Of a stretch of 29,572 bases of DNA, positions 1 through 8,336 are shown one piece after another. Under the pieces are notes generated by a model. That model was not told the DNA's origin, ran no database searches, and worked only from the letters and a program-made list of their open reading frames with translations. The stretch comes from Deinococcales bacterium. GTDB taxonomy: Bacteria > Deinococcota > Deinococci > Deinococcales > JAAFIG01. Location of the stretch: NCBI GenBank assembly GCA_043778225.1, contig JAYWGM010000037.1, positions 1 to 29,572 of the forward strand. The letters run 5' to 3'. A program made the position numbers and the translations under genes. The stretch's first letter is position 1. Each line of letters opens with the position of its first letter.

Positions 1-87
1 CGTTGTGCTTTTCTGATGCAGAATCCTGAACTGGTTCGTGGTCGGGCTGGATTTAGTTGGCTTGATGATTCAATACTATCTAAATAA
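1..87 (+). CDS. C-terminal fragment of a probable IS630-family transposase (partial, runs off window start)
   Basis: Frame 1 reads RCAFLMQNPELVRGRAGFSWLDDSILSK*, resembling the RC..L...P..I.G...F.W tail of IS630 transposases; followed by ...TTTGGTAT-TA, an IS630-like end next to a TA dinucleotide. Confidence 0.55.
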   Translation, partial: RCAFLMQNPELVRGRAGFSWLDDSILSK

Positions 88-95
88 ATTTGGTA

Positions 96-890
96 TTACT
101 CAATCCGATACGTCGCATTGACAATCGCTCGGACATCTTTGTCTAAGCTGCTGGTGTCAAAATTGCCAACATCAGAAATACTTGGGTCGTTTTTGGCGTT
201 AATCTGGAAAACCCCTAAACGTCCTTCTTCAATCATTGTGATACGCCGACCAACTGGCTGGGCGATTAACTGCGCTCGCTTAAAAGCATCTTCAGAGGCG
301 GCTTTGACCAGTTCCAAACGCAATTCGGCTAATTTGGTGTAAATCAGGCTCAGGTTGGAGTTACCGATGAGAATATCTTGGTCAAAAAGCGCATCCACCG
401 CATTGCTGGCTTTGGTGACTACATCGACTTTGTTGCTCTCGACTGTAAAATACCTCGAGACTGTGTAGTAGGTTCTCGAGACGGTTTTATAGCGCAATGC
501 AATTTTATCTTTAACAATGGTTTTGCAGTCTATGTCGGTGATTGTACAATCTACTTCTTTGGTTTGGATTTCTGAGGTCACTTGCGAAGCCCAGACTTTA
601 ATTTCAGAAGCGTCAATTCCCTCTTTTTTAAGGTAAGTTTCAACGGCTTCTGGCACGGGTTTGAGTTTTAAGTACAACGATTTGTACTCATCGTACTTGG
701 AATAAGCCACACTAAACGACCAAACCGCCAAATCAGACCGAATGGTCTTGACGGCACTCCCCGTGACCGTTGTGGTATAGGTCTTGGCGCGTAAACTTTG
801 GATGCCACCAATGCCAATTAAAGCCAGAATAACCAAGGTAATACCAATCACCACAACACTCGCAAAGGCTTGCGGAAAAGATTTTGTCAT
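96..890 (-). CDS. SIMPL (DUF541/BP26-like) domain protein, membrane-anchored
   Basis: N-terminal hydrophobic helix; TVTGSA..I.SDLAVW start motif; C-terminal A..DA..RA..IA, GVFQI and DTSS.DK.VRA.V...Y motifs; GAGG RBS. Confidence 0.8.
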   Translation of the reverse strand: MTKSFPQAFASVVVIGITLVILALIGIGGIQSLRAKTYTTTVTGSAVKTIRSDLAVWSFSVAYSKYDEYKSLYLKLKPVPEAVETYLKKEGIDASEIKVWASQVTSEIQTKEVDCTITDIDCKTIVKDKIALRYKTVSRTYYTVSRYFTVESNKVDVVTKASNAVDALFDQDILIGNSNLSLIYTKLAELRLELVKAASEDAFKRAQLIAQPVGRRITMIEEGRLGVFQINAKNDPSISDVGNFDTSSLDKDVRAIVNATYRIE

Positions 891-1020
891 ACCTCAATCG
901 TACTGGCTTGCATGAGTTTTGCACTCATAAAGCAATCTAAATTGTGACTTATGGGCTAAATGCAAATCTTTCTCGAGAAATACAGAATTTTGGGGGTAAT
1001 TTGTGTCATCGGTGACTAGG

Positions 1021-1046
1021 AGGGTTAAGCAGGCTGTCTTGACCCT
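1021..1046. terminator. Hairpin downstream of radical SAM gene (possible terminator)
   Basis: AGGGTTAAG-caggctgt-CTTGACCCT inverted repeat with one non-canonical pair; no clear U-tract. Confidence 0.3.
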
Positions 1047-1121
1047 CTTGACCCCAAAGATAGCACCTGAGGAGCTTGGGTCGCTAAAGATGCACCTATC
1101 GGGCTGGGTCGCCTAACCCCT

Positions 1122-2642
1122 CTAGGCGTAAAACATCGGCGCGGCTGGTTTAATGATTTGCCCCGGTTGCTGCTCGTAGGTCACGGTGTTGCCAGCGAAC
1201 TCGTCTTTCCAGCCAATTTGCTCGAGGGCTTTGACCCACGCACCATAACTTTCGTTGTCTTTGACAAGGTATGCGGCTTTACCAATGCTCGAGTCACCAC
1301 GGGCAATGACCTGTTCCACCCATGCCCATTTTGCCGAGACATTGCGAAGCTCCAAATCTCGGCGCAGTTCTTTTTGAATCCGCTTAAAGCGTTTTTCAAT
1401 CACATCCACCCCAGCAAATGGGTCAGCATGGTGTGGCGTGTGGCGCTTTGGCACAAATGGCGAGATACCCATGGCGACTTTGGTGATGCTGGCAAGTTTT
1501 TTACTGAATTGGATTAACTCGGTTATATCGTCGTCGTTTTCGGGTGGTAAGCCAATCATCATATAGACTTTGAGGCTCGAGAAGCCCAATTTTTTAGAAA
1601 TATGGGCAGTGCGAAGTAAATCGGCTTCGGAAATGCCTTTTTTCATCCAGTCGCGCAAACGTTGGCTTGGGGCATCGGAGGCAACGGTAAAACTGCGTAA
1701 GCCACCATCGCGCAGAATTTGTGCCAGTTCTTCGTCTACCGTGTCAGCGCGGATACTCGAGACCCCAAGTTTGACACCGCGCTCGGTAAGTGTCCGCCCA
1801 ACATATTTGGTGTGCTTAAAGTCGGAAAGGGCTGCGCCCACCAAGCCAACTTTTTTGACCCAATCGGGGATACACGCCAACAAATCGTCGGCTTCGTTGT
1901 TGCGATTTGGTCCGTACATGGTTCGCGCCAAACAAAAGGTACAGGGGCGCGGACAGCCGCGTTGGGCTTCGACCAAGTACATATTGCTCAGTTCAGAATG
2001 TGGTGTCACAATCTGGCTGTAAGCTGGCAGCATTTCTTTAGGAGCAGTTGCCCAAAGTGGTTCGTGCTTCATGCTCCTCGGCAAATAAATTCCTGGGCGA
2101 CCCTCGAGGTCAGAAAAAAACTCGGCTCGAGAACTGGCTTCACGCCATGCCTCGGCAATGATTGGCACGATTAACTCGCCATCGCCAATACAGATAATAT
2201 CGGCAAAAGGCGAAACTGGGTACGGGTTACTCGAGGTCAGTGGACCGCCGACAATGATAATTGGGTCGGATTCATCGCGCTCTTCGCGCCAAGGGTTAAT
2301 GCCAGAACACTCGAGAAAACGGATGATGTTGGTCAGGTCGAGTTCAAAACTGACCGAAAGCGCCACCATATCGGCTTCTCCGACTGGATTTCCACTCTCG
2401 AGCATCGGCAGGGTTTCGCCAGTTTTTTGGAAGGCTTCAACATCATCGGGCAAAAAAGCCCGTTCGCAGCTAAAACCCTCTTCTTGGTTAAACATCCGAT
2501 AAATGACTTGATAACCAAGGCTTGCCATTCCGACCGAATAGCGATTGGGAAAGCCCAAGGCAACTCGAGTAGAAGCATGACGGCGAATTGTGCCGATTTC
2601 ATCATCTAAAAGTGGTTTTAAGTGTTTGCGCCAATAACTCAT
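1122..2642 (-). CDS. B12-binding-domain radical SAM protein
   Basis: CxxxCxxC in RGCPRPCTFC; N-terminal FPNRYSVGMASLG and GGP motifs; YMMIGLP and PFVPKRHTP; GGAG RBS. Confidence 0.9.
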   Translation of the reverse strand: MSYWRKHLKPLLDDEIGTIRRHASTRVALGFPNRYSVGMASLGYQVIYRMFNQEEGFSCERAFLPDDVEAFQKTGETLPMLESGNPVGEADMVALSVSFELDLTNIIRFLECSGINPWREERDESDPIIIVGGPLTSSNPYPVSPFADIICIGDGELIVPIIAEAWREASSRAEFFSDLEGRPGIYLPRSMKHEPLWATAPKEMLPAYSQIVTPHSELSNMYLVEAQRGCPRPCTFCLARTMYGPNRNNEADDLLACIPDWVKKVGLVGAALSDFKHTKYVGRTLTERGVKLGVSSIRADTVDEELAQILRDGGLRSFTVASDAPSQRLRDWMKKGISEADLLRTAHISKKLGFSSLKVYMMIGLPPENDDDITELIQFSKKLASITKVAMGISPFVPKRHTPHHADPFAGVDVIEKRFKRIQKELRRDLELRNVSAKWAWVEQVIARGDSSIGKAAYLVKDNESYGAWVKALEQIGWKDEFAGNTVTYEQQPGQIIKPAAPMFYA

Positions 2643-2726
2643 TCATCTCCAGTACAGCTTTAGAAGTCTAGCAGGACAAAACCAAAAGAAGACAGTACAT
2701 TTGTGCCAATAGGGTAGACTAGGCGC

Positions 2727-3560
2727 ATGGCAGGCAGAGGCATGATTGATACGATTTCACTCGAGGCACTGGTCTATTTGCTCGAGCATTTACCGCAAAC
2801 CCAAGCCTATTCGGATTGGATTCCGGGGGCGCTGCTTGATACGAGTCTGATTCAACGACTCGAGTCCGAGCAATTTACGGGCTATGCAGTCTTTGCTTTT
2901 GAAGATAATTGGCTTGGTGGAGTGCTTTTTTATCAAGGTCTTGCACTCGAGGCGTGGCGCAGGGCATTGGGTGGACTCGAGAACCGCAGCGAAGCGTACC
3001 GAAATTTATTGCCAATGCTCGAGTTTGCTGCCACGCGCTTTTTTGTGCTGCCGACCGAACTGATTCCAGCAGTCGTGGCATTAACCTTGTCCGAGCGGCT
3101 CGAAAGTTATCAAGCCCCCGAAGTCAATATCCCAGCCATGCTCGAGAAATTAGAAGCGCTTCGATTTTCGGGGCTGGTTATTTTTGAGCATCAAAAAATT
3201 GCTCAGGCATGGTTTTTTAAGGAAGGAGGGCGGCTTCTCGAGCCACCCTTACCCGAGTCCTTTGCGGTTGGCAGACTGCATTTATTGCATAACCCGAGCC
3301 AAATTCCGCAAGATGTGGTTGGTTTGGTGGCTCGAGAAGCCAACTTAGAACGCCTAGCCCAAGCCGATTTCTTGCGGGCAAACCTTGAAGCCTTATTGGT
3401 TAAGCACATTGGGGTCAATGCCAAAATGGTACTTGAGAACAACCAGCAACTGTTTTTGGAATCCGATCCAAACCGACTTGAGACTGCGATGCTCAATTGG
3501 CTCGAGGAAACCTATGGCTCGAGTCTGGTAGAAGAATTTCAAACAAGACTCAATCAGTAA
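2727..3560 (+). CDS. Hypothetical protein with DUF4388-like (FTGY/FSGLV) repeats and a C-terminal helical domain
   Basis: 277-aa ORF; two L...L....F[TS]G units; TAGACT 6 nt before ATG (leaderless). Confidence 0.7.
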   Translation: MAGRGMIDTISLEALVYLLEHLPQTQAYSDWIPGALLDTSLIQRLESEQFTGYAVFAFEDNWLGGVLFYQGLALEAWRRALGGLENRSEAYRNLLPMLEFAATRFFVLPTELIPAVVALTLSERLESYQAPEVNIPAMLEKLEALRFSGLVIFEHQKIAQAWFFKEGGRLLEPPLPESFAVGRLHLLHNPSQIPQDVVGLVAREANLERLAQADFLRANLEALLVKHIGVNAKMVLENNQQLFLESDPNRLETAMLNWLEETYGSSLVEEFQTRLNQ

Positions 3561-4378
3561 TCGATTGAACCAGAACCACGCAAGTTTTTAAGAACTTCAC
3601 GAATTGTACCTCGAGAAACCCGCAACTCTAAGCGGATTTGCTCGGCATTGCGCTGTCCATCTATTAAGTCAAAAACGGTTTTGTAAATTCCAGCCAGCCC
3701 CACCACCGAGCCACCGCGTCCAAAACTCGAGCGACGTTCGATTTTACTAGGAACAATCACCCCAAGTAAGGCTCGCATTTCAAAGGTATTGTTGACTTTA
3801 GCGGGTGGCTCAACGCCTTCAATTTCCATGACTTCTTGTGCCACCAACTCGAGCAAGGCTGAATCAATGCTGATGCCCTTAAAAACTTCACGCAGTTCTT
3901 TGACGGTTGTGCCAAACCGGGCTTTTTTAAGAATTTCAAGCTCGGGCGCACCCAAGGATTCATAAGCCGAGACATTGTTGCGGACTTTAATATGGGCTTC
4001 TGGGCGTAAGGTTTTTTCGCGCAAGTGTTCGTCCTCGAGCCGCGCTGCCTCCAAAAGTGTGCCTAAAATAGAACCGGTCATGTTTGGTTCAACCGTGATA
4101 AAACCCTCGAATAAGTTGGTATGGGCATAACGCCAGCGCAGCATGGTTCGCACCGCCTCTGTTCCCTCGAGCAGTTTGCCTTCGTGTTCGCAGAGCGCCC
4201 GAACCATTTTGCCTTGACGAATCACAAAATAGGCTCGAGCCTCGTCTGGGCTTTCGCACTCGAGGACACCGTTGTGTTGACTGGTGCTGAGGTATTCAAG
4301 AAAGGCTGGGAGCATCGGTTGCCGCAAGCGAGCGCTGAGAATTGGCGCATCTATATAATTGGGCTTCGGCAGGCTCAT
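3554..4378 (-). CDS. DUF4388 (PatA-N-like) domain protein with C-terminal wHTH
   Basis: LPAFLEYL...GVL...G.MVRA...G.EAV..ML.W and LLEAARLEDE signatures; DLIDGQRN..QIR tail. Start moved to MSLPKP at 4378 because TAGACT lies 7 nt upstream. Confidence 0.85.
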   Translation of the reverse strand: MSLPKPNYIDAPILSARLRQPMLPAFLEYLSTSQHNGVLECESPDEARAYFVIRQGKMVRALCEHEGKLLEGTEAVRTMLRWRYAHTNLFEGFITVEPNMTGSILGTLLEAARLEDEHLREKTLRPEAHIKVRNNVSAYESLGAPELEILKKARFGTTVKELREVFKGISIDSALLELVAQEVMEIEGVEPPAKVNNTFEMRALLGVIVPSKIERRSSFGRGGSVVGLAGIYKTVFDLIDGQRNAEQIRLELRVSRGTIREVLKNLRGSGSIDY

Positions 4379-4515
4379 TAAGGTCAGTCTATACGCAAAA
4401 GTGCAATCGCAGTGTGAAAAACGATAAAATATGCGCCATGACAAATCTGGCACTGCTCGAAGTTGGGGCAAAAATGGCTGTACCGAATTACTTACCACGT
4501 ATTGGAGGATAAAAT

Positions 4516-5128
4516 ATGGACGCACTTCCCCTGCTCGAGAAATTACAAGCTATTGCCAAACTTGGGCTGTATTACACCAAAGACATCTATGACCGTCAGC
4601 GCTACGAGCAACTGCTCGCGCTAACAGCCGAGTATTCATGGTCATGCCCTCGAGATGCCCGCGCCCAATGCTCGAGCTAACCTCGAAAGAGACCTTGGTA
4701 AACTTGGTGTCTCCCCTATTCTGGGTTCGGATGCCGCGATTTTTGACTCGAGCGGCAAAATTTTGCTGATGAAACGCACCGATAATCAAAAATGGTGTAT
4801 GCCTTGTGGTCTGGTCGAAGCTGGCGAATCCCCAGAGCAAGGCGCAATCCGCGAAGCCAAAGAAGAAACTGGTTTAGAAGTGCAGATTCTCGAGTTGGTC
4901 AAGGTTTATACGCGGTTTCCAAGTGCTGAATACGGGTTGTACACCTTGGTCAGTACGGTTTTTTTATGCGAGGTTATGGGTGGCGTGCTGACCCGTTCAC
5001 ACGAGGATTTAGGCTTGCAATACTGGAATCTCGAGGACGTTCCGATTTGGCATTCTGATATGCAGCAACACGCCCGTGATGCTCATGCAGTTTGGCTTAA
5101 TCGAATATCTGCTACACTAAATCCATGA
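4516..5128 (+). pseudogene. Nudix hydrolase with Nudix_N domain, split by a one-base insertion near 4636-4637
   Basis: GGAGG RBS and ATG 4516 give [34 protein letters not shown] (Nudix_N); the Nudix box (GLVEAGESPEQGAIREAKEETGL) is in the +1 frame. Confidence 0.75.
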
Positions 5129-5670
5129 TTGGCGAACTTAGCACCATGAGTGTTACGGAATACCTCGAGTTTGAAAAAACTTCTGAGGTACGTCATGAAT
5201 TTGTAGATGGAGTGTTGATACCAATGCCAGGAACAAGTCGGCAACATGGAAACATTGTTTTGAACATCGTAGAGATTCTGCGTCCAAAAGCCCGAGCTAA
5301 ACAATGCGAGTTACAAGCCATTGACATCAAAACGCCAACTCAGAACAGCCGTTATCGTTACCCTGATATTTTAATCAGTTGCAAGCCCAACAAAGATAAA
5401 TACATTCTCGAGAATCCTTGCTTGCTGATCGAAGTGGCATCTAATAGCACCGAACACACTGACCGAGGCTCAAAAGTAACCGAGTATCTAAAAATTCTGA
5501 GCCTAGAGACCTATGCCATCGTTGGACAAGATAAACCCGAAATTACCATTTACCGACGTGATGAAAAGGGTTGGCGGGTGGATATTCTCGAGAAAACAGG
5601 GGCTTTTTACATCCCGTGTTTAGATTCGCATTTATCATTAGAAGAAATTTATGCTGGTGTGGAATTATGA
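5125..5670 (+). CDS. Uma2-family (PD-(D/E)XK) endonuclease-like protein
   Basis: EYLEFE...RHEFVDG...M.G....H, YRYPD, P.LLIEV.S.ST...DRG.K..EY motifs; TACACT 6 nt before ATG. Confidence 0.9.
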   Translation: MIGELSTMSVTEYLEFEKTSEVRHEFVDGVLIPMPGTSRQHGNIVLNIVEILRPKARAKQCELQAIDIKTPTQNSRYRYPDILISCKPNKDKYILENPCLLIEVASNSTEHTDRGSKVTEYLKILSLETYAIVGQDKPEITIYRRDEKGWRVDILEKTGAFYIPCLDSHLSLEEIYAGVEL

Positions 5671-6170
5671 GGTTTTGGGTTAATCAGTTTTTGCAGCAGT
5701 GCAACTATTGCAATGATGAGTCCTAAACCAAGCGGTAAACCAATTAACGCCCCAATAATCCAACTTAAACGCCCAACTTCTGGGTTGGGTGGTACAAGTG
5801 CAAAGCGTCCTTCGGTTACGGATTGTCCGACCCCAAGGGTGTGCTGACCTTCCAGAATTTGCTGACCTACTTTGACTCGAGCAATCAGGTTATGTTCGCC
5901 TTGGGCTAAATTTAGGGTTGCCTTAAAAACACTTTTCTCGAGTTTCTGGGCTTGCACCCGCACGGTTCTGCCATCAATATCAATGACTTCAAGCTCGAGC
6001 GAGTCTATTGGAAAAGCCTTCGCACCAGTTGCATCTGACGCTCTGGCAATAAACACACCATCCTCTGGTTCAAATTCAAACTCGAGGATGGCTTGGCGCT
6101 GGGTTTGTGGTGCGGCGGGCTGGGCATAACTCAGGCTCGAGAACAGCAGGACAAAACAAAGAAACCACAT
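5649..6170 (-). CDS. Exported hypothetical protein with C-terminal membrane anchor
   Basis: Signal peptide (..SLSYA-Q), beta-rich core, C-terminal hydrophobic helix; TAGACT 6 nt before ATG. Confidence 0.7.
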   Translation of the reverse strand: MWFLCFVLLFSSLSYAQPAAPQTQRQAILEFEFEPEDGVFIARASDATGAKAFPIDSLELEVIDIDGRTVRVQAQKLEKSVFKATLNLAQGEHNLIARVKVGQQILEGQHTLGVGQSVTEGRFALVPPNPEVGRLSWIIGALIGLPLGLGLIIAIVALLQKLINPKPHNSTPA

Positions 6171-6208
6171 GGCTAGAGTCTAGGTTTTTTTGACTGGGAG
6201 AATGCCCC

Positions 6209-6268
6209 ATTGCATAAATTCTCGAGATATGTGTATAATTATGCAGGAATGTTGAATATCACCCGACG
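6209..6268 (+). promoter_or_regulatory. argG promoter with overlapping ArgR (ARG) boxes
   Basis: TTGCAT (6210-6215), 18 nt, TATAAT (6234-6239); good ARG box TGTGTATAATTATGCAGG at 6230-6247; half boxes at 6209 (ATTGCATAA) and 6251 (GTTGAATAT) in 21-bp register. Confidence 0.7.
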
Positions 6269-6278
6269 ACCTGCATAG
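6249..6278 (+). CDS. Putative leader peptide MLNITRRPA
   Basis: ATG 10 nt after TATAAT; tandem CGA CGA Arg codons; stop abuts a perfect hairpin; lies upstream of argG. Confidence 0.4.
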   Translation: MLNITRRPA

Positions 6279-6346
6279 CCTCGAGATTTGAAATCTCGAG
6301 GTACACCTGTGTGGCTTATGGTGGTTTATGCTAGGCGTGGAAAACT

Positions 6347-6370
6347 GGGCGAGGCACGCCTCTCCCCTAC
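6347..6370 (-). repeat. GTAG-type REP element
   Basis: Reverse strand reads GTAGGGGAGAGGCGTGCCTCGCCC; 21/24 identical to the REP at 8218-8241. Confidence 0.7.
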
Positions 6371-6390
6371 GGCTTTAAGGAGAAATTACA

Positions 6391-7590
6391 ATGTCAAAGA
6401 AAAAAGTGGTACTTGCCTACAGTGGCGGACTCGACACCAGCATGATTCTCAAATGGTTGCAGCTCGAGCGAGATTTAGATGTGGTGTGTTTTACCGCCGA
6501 TATAGGACAAGGCGAAGAAGTCGAGGAGGCTCGAGTTAAGGCACTCAATACTGGCGCGGTGGCAGCTTATGCTTTAGACTTGCGCGAAGAATTTGTGCGC
6601 GATTTTGTATTCCCCATGCAACGCTCGAGCGCCCTCTACGAAGGCTATTATTTACTTGGCACAAGCATTGCCCGCCCGTTAATCGCCAAGCACCTTGTGG
6701 AAATTGCTTTTCGGGAAAATGCTGAAGCCATTTCGCATGGCGCAACCGGCAAAGGCAACGACCAAGTGCGTTTTGAGGTCAGTGCGTATGCCCTCAATCC
6801 AGAAATAAAAATTATTGCCCCATGGCGCGAATGGGGTCCAGCCGGACGCAAAGAACTGATGGAATTTGCCGCCAAGCACAACATTCCCGTACCAGTCAGT
6901 GCCGCCAAACCCTACAGCGTGGACTCGAATTTGTTGCACAACAGCTTTGAAGGCGGGATTCTCGAAGACCCTTGGGCAGAACCGCCACACGGAATGCTGA
7001 AACTGACCAAGCCAATCGAAGAAACACCAAACACACCTGAATATGTCGAAATCGAATTTGTTGGCGGCGACCCAATTGCGATTAACGGCGAGAAATTTTC
7101 GCCCGCCGCAATGCTCGAGAAAGCCAATCAGATTGCTGGGAATCACGGCATTGGCGTGGTAGATTTGGTCGAGAACCGCTTTGTCGGCATGAAATCTCGA
7201 GGCGTGTACGAAACTCCGGGCGGCACGTTGTTGTATCACTCGAGACGCGCTGTTGAAAGCATTACCCTAGACCGCGAAGTGCTGCACACCCGCGACAGTA
7301 TGCAGCCCAAATACGCTGAACTGGTTTATAACGGCTTTTGGTTCACTGCCGAACGCGAAGCCATGCAGGTCTACTTTGACCATGTAGCCAAGGGCGTAAC
7401 TGGCATTGCCCGAATGAAAATGTTGAAGGGACAAGCTACGGTGGTTGGACGCAAATCACCATTATCGTTATACGACCCAACGCTGGTGACATTTGAAAAA
7501 GAAACGGTGTACGACCAAGCCGATGCTGGCGGATTTATCAAGCTCAATGCTCTACGCGCTCGAGTCCGCGCACGGTTGCAACGAGATTAA
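6391..7590 (+). CDS. argG: Argininosuccinate synthase
   Basis: [51 protein letters not shown]. Confidence 0.99.
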   Translation: MSKKKVVLAYSGGLDTSMILKWLQLERDLDVVCFTADIGQGEEVEEARVKALNTGAVAAYALDLREEFVRDFVFPMQRSSALYEGYYLLGTSIARPLIAKHLVEIAFRENAEAISHGATGKGNDQVRFEVSAYALNPEIKIIAPWREWGPAGRKELMEFAAKHNIPVPVSAAKPYSVDSNLLHNSFEGGILEDPWAEPPHGMLKLTKPIEETPNTPEYVEIEFVGGDPIAINGEKFSPAAMLEKANQIAGNHGIGVVDLVENRFVGMKSRGVYETPGGTLLYHSRRAVESITLDREVLHTRDSMQPKYAELVYNGFWFTAEREAMQVYFDHVAKGVTGIARMKMLKGQATVVGRKSPLSLYDPTLVTFEKETVYDQADAGGFIKLNALRARVRARLQRD

Positions 7591-7623
7591 CCACAATTCA
7601 TCAAAAAGGAGTACCATGACCAC

Positions 7624-7821
7624 ATGACCGCCTTGCCTAGAGAAGCCAAACAACGGCAACACGAAACCATGCCTGAACCAAGCGACTTTGAGTTTGAGGC
7701 AGCTAAACTCAAAGCAGTCAAAACAGGACTCGAGGAAATCAAAAACAATAAAAATCCTGTTTGGCTTTCCGCTTCCGATATGGACGTTTGGTTTGATGCA
7801 CAACGCCAGCCCGTTAAGTAA
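7624..7821 (+). CDS. Small protein, probable antitoxin
   Basis: 65 aa with acidic/aromatic tail; overlaps the start of a RelE-like toxin remnant. Confidence 0.5.
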   Translation: MTALPREAKQRQHETMPEPSDFEFEAAKLKAVKTGLEEIKNNKNPVWLSASDMDVWFDAQRQPVK

Positions 7822-8162
7822 ATTTAGCGAATCATGGCAAAAAGCCCAAGCACTTTTTGGCAAAGACAACCATGCTCGAGTCGCACTCGAAGAAGCCCTC
7901 AAAGAAGTCTTAACAGCCCTGCGTTCCGACCCTAACCTAGGCAAAATAGAACCGAATGCAATTACCACAAGGTATTGAATTTCGTAAGCAAAAATTCAAA
8001 TCAGGATTTGGAGCGCTCGGACAGTGGTGACTGCTGTACTTTTGGGACACGAACAAGCAAATTATTTACTGGTCATGGTTGTACTCGCATAAGCAGTACC
8101 CAATACGTCCGACTCGAGAAGAATTAACACAAAACATAGAAGCAGGACTCGAGGAAATATGA
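7796..8162 (+). pseudogene. RelE/ParE-like toxin pseudogene
   Basis: MHNASPLSKFSESWQK...LRSDPNLGKIEP, frameshift near 7950-7956, then MQLPQGIEFRKQKFKSGFGALGQW*LLYFWD...WLYSHKQYPIRP; in-frame TGA at 8028-8030 where a G.xR(L/I)Y arginine is expected. Confidence 0.65.
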
Positions 8163-8177
8163 AAACACAATTGGTTA

Positions 8178-8241
8178 CAGGGCAGACACGGGGGTCTGCC
8201 CCTACAAACCCCAAACCGTAGGGGCGGGGCTTGCCTCGCCC
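8178..8241. repeat. Inverted pair of GTAG-type REP elements (REPIN-like doublet)
   Basis: 8178-8205 (- strand GTAGGGGCAGACCCCCGTGTCTGCCCTG) and 8218-8241 (+ strand GTAGGGGCGGGGCTTGCCTCGCCC), each GTAG plus a GC-rich hairpin, 12-nt spacer. Confidence 0.8.
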
Positions 8242-8336
8242 AACCCGCCAAAGGCAAACGCATATGCCAAAGAAAAAAGTTATTTCAATGCTCGAGTTTA
8301 CAAAAATTTCAAATTTCAAAAACGTTGAGGTCTGGA

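Noticed and set aside
4379..4525. N-terminal extension of the DUF4388 ORF (similar extensions at 15475-15525, 16518-16589, 19477-19653, 25926-25952)
   Set aside because: Better starts with an RBS, leaderless -10 or ATGA coupling lie downstream; the extensions overlap other genes or promoters.
4630..4640. Programmed frameshift or phase variation in the Nudix gene
   Set aside because: No homopolymer, slippery heptamer or short tandem repeat at the site.
5125..5670. Uma2 protein as the CTCGAG-recognising nuclease
   Set aside because: The family is common and multi-copy, there is no adjacent methyltransferase, and nothing in the sequence links it to the motif.
8028..8030. TGA as selenocysteine or recoded Trp
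   Set aside because: TGA terminates many intact genes here, and the same gene also has a frameshift; a CGA-to-TGA mutation is simpler.
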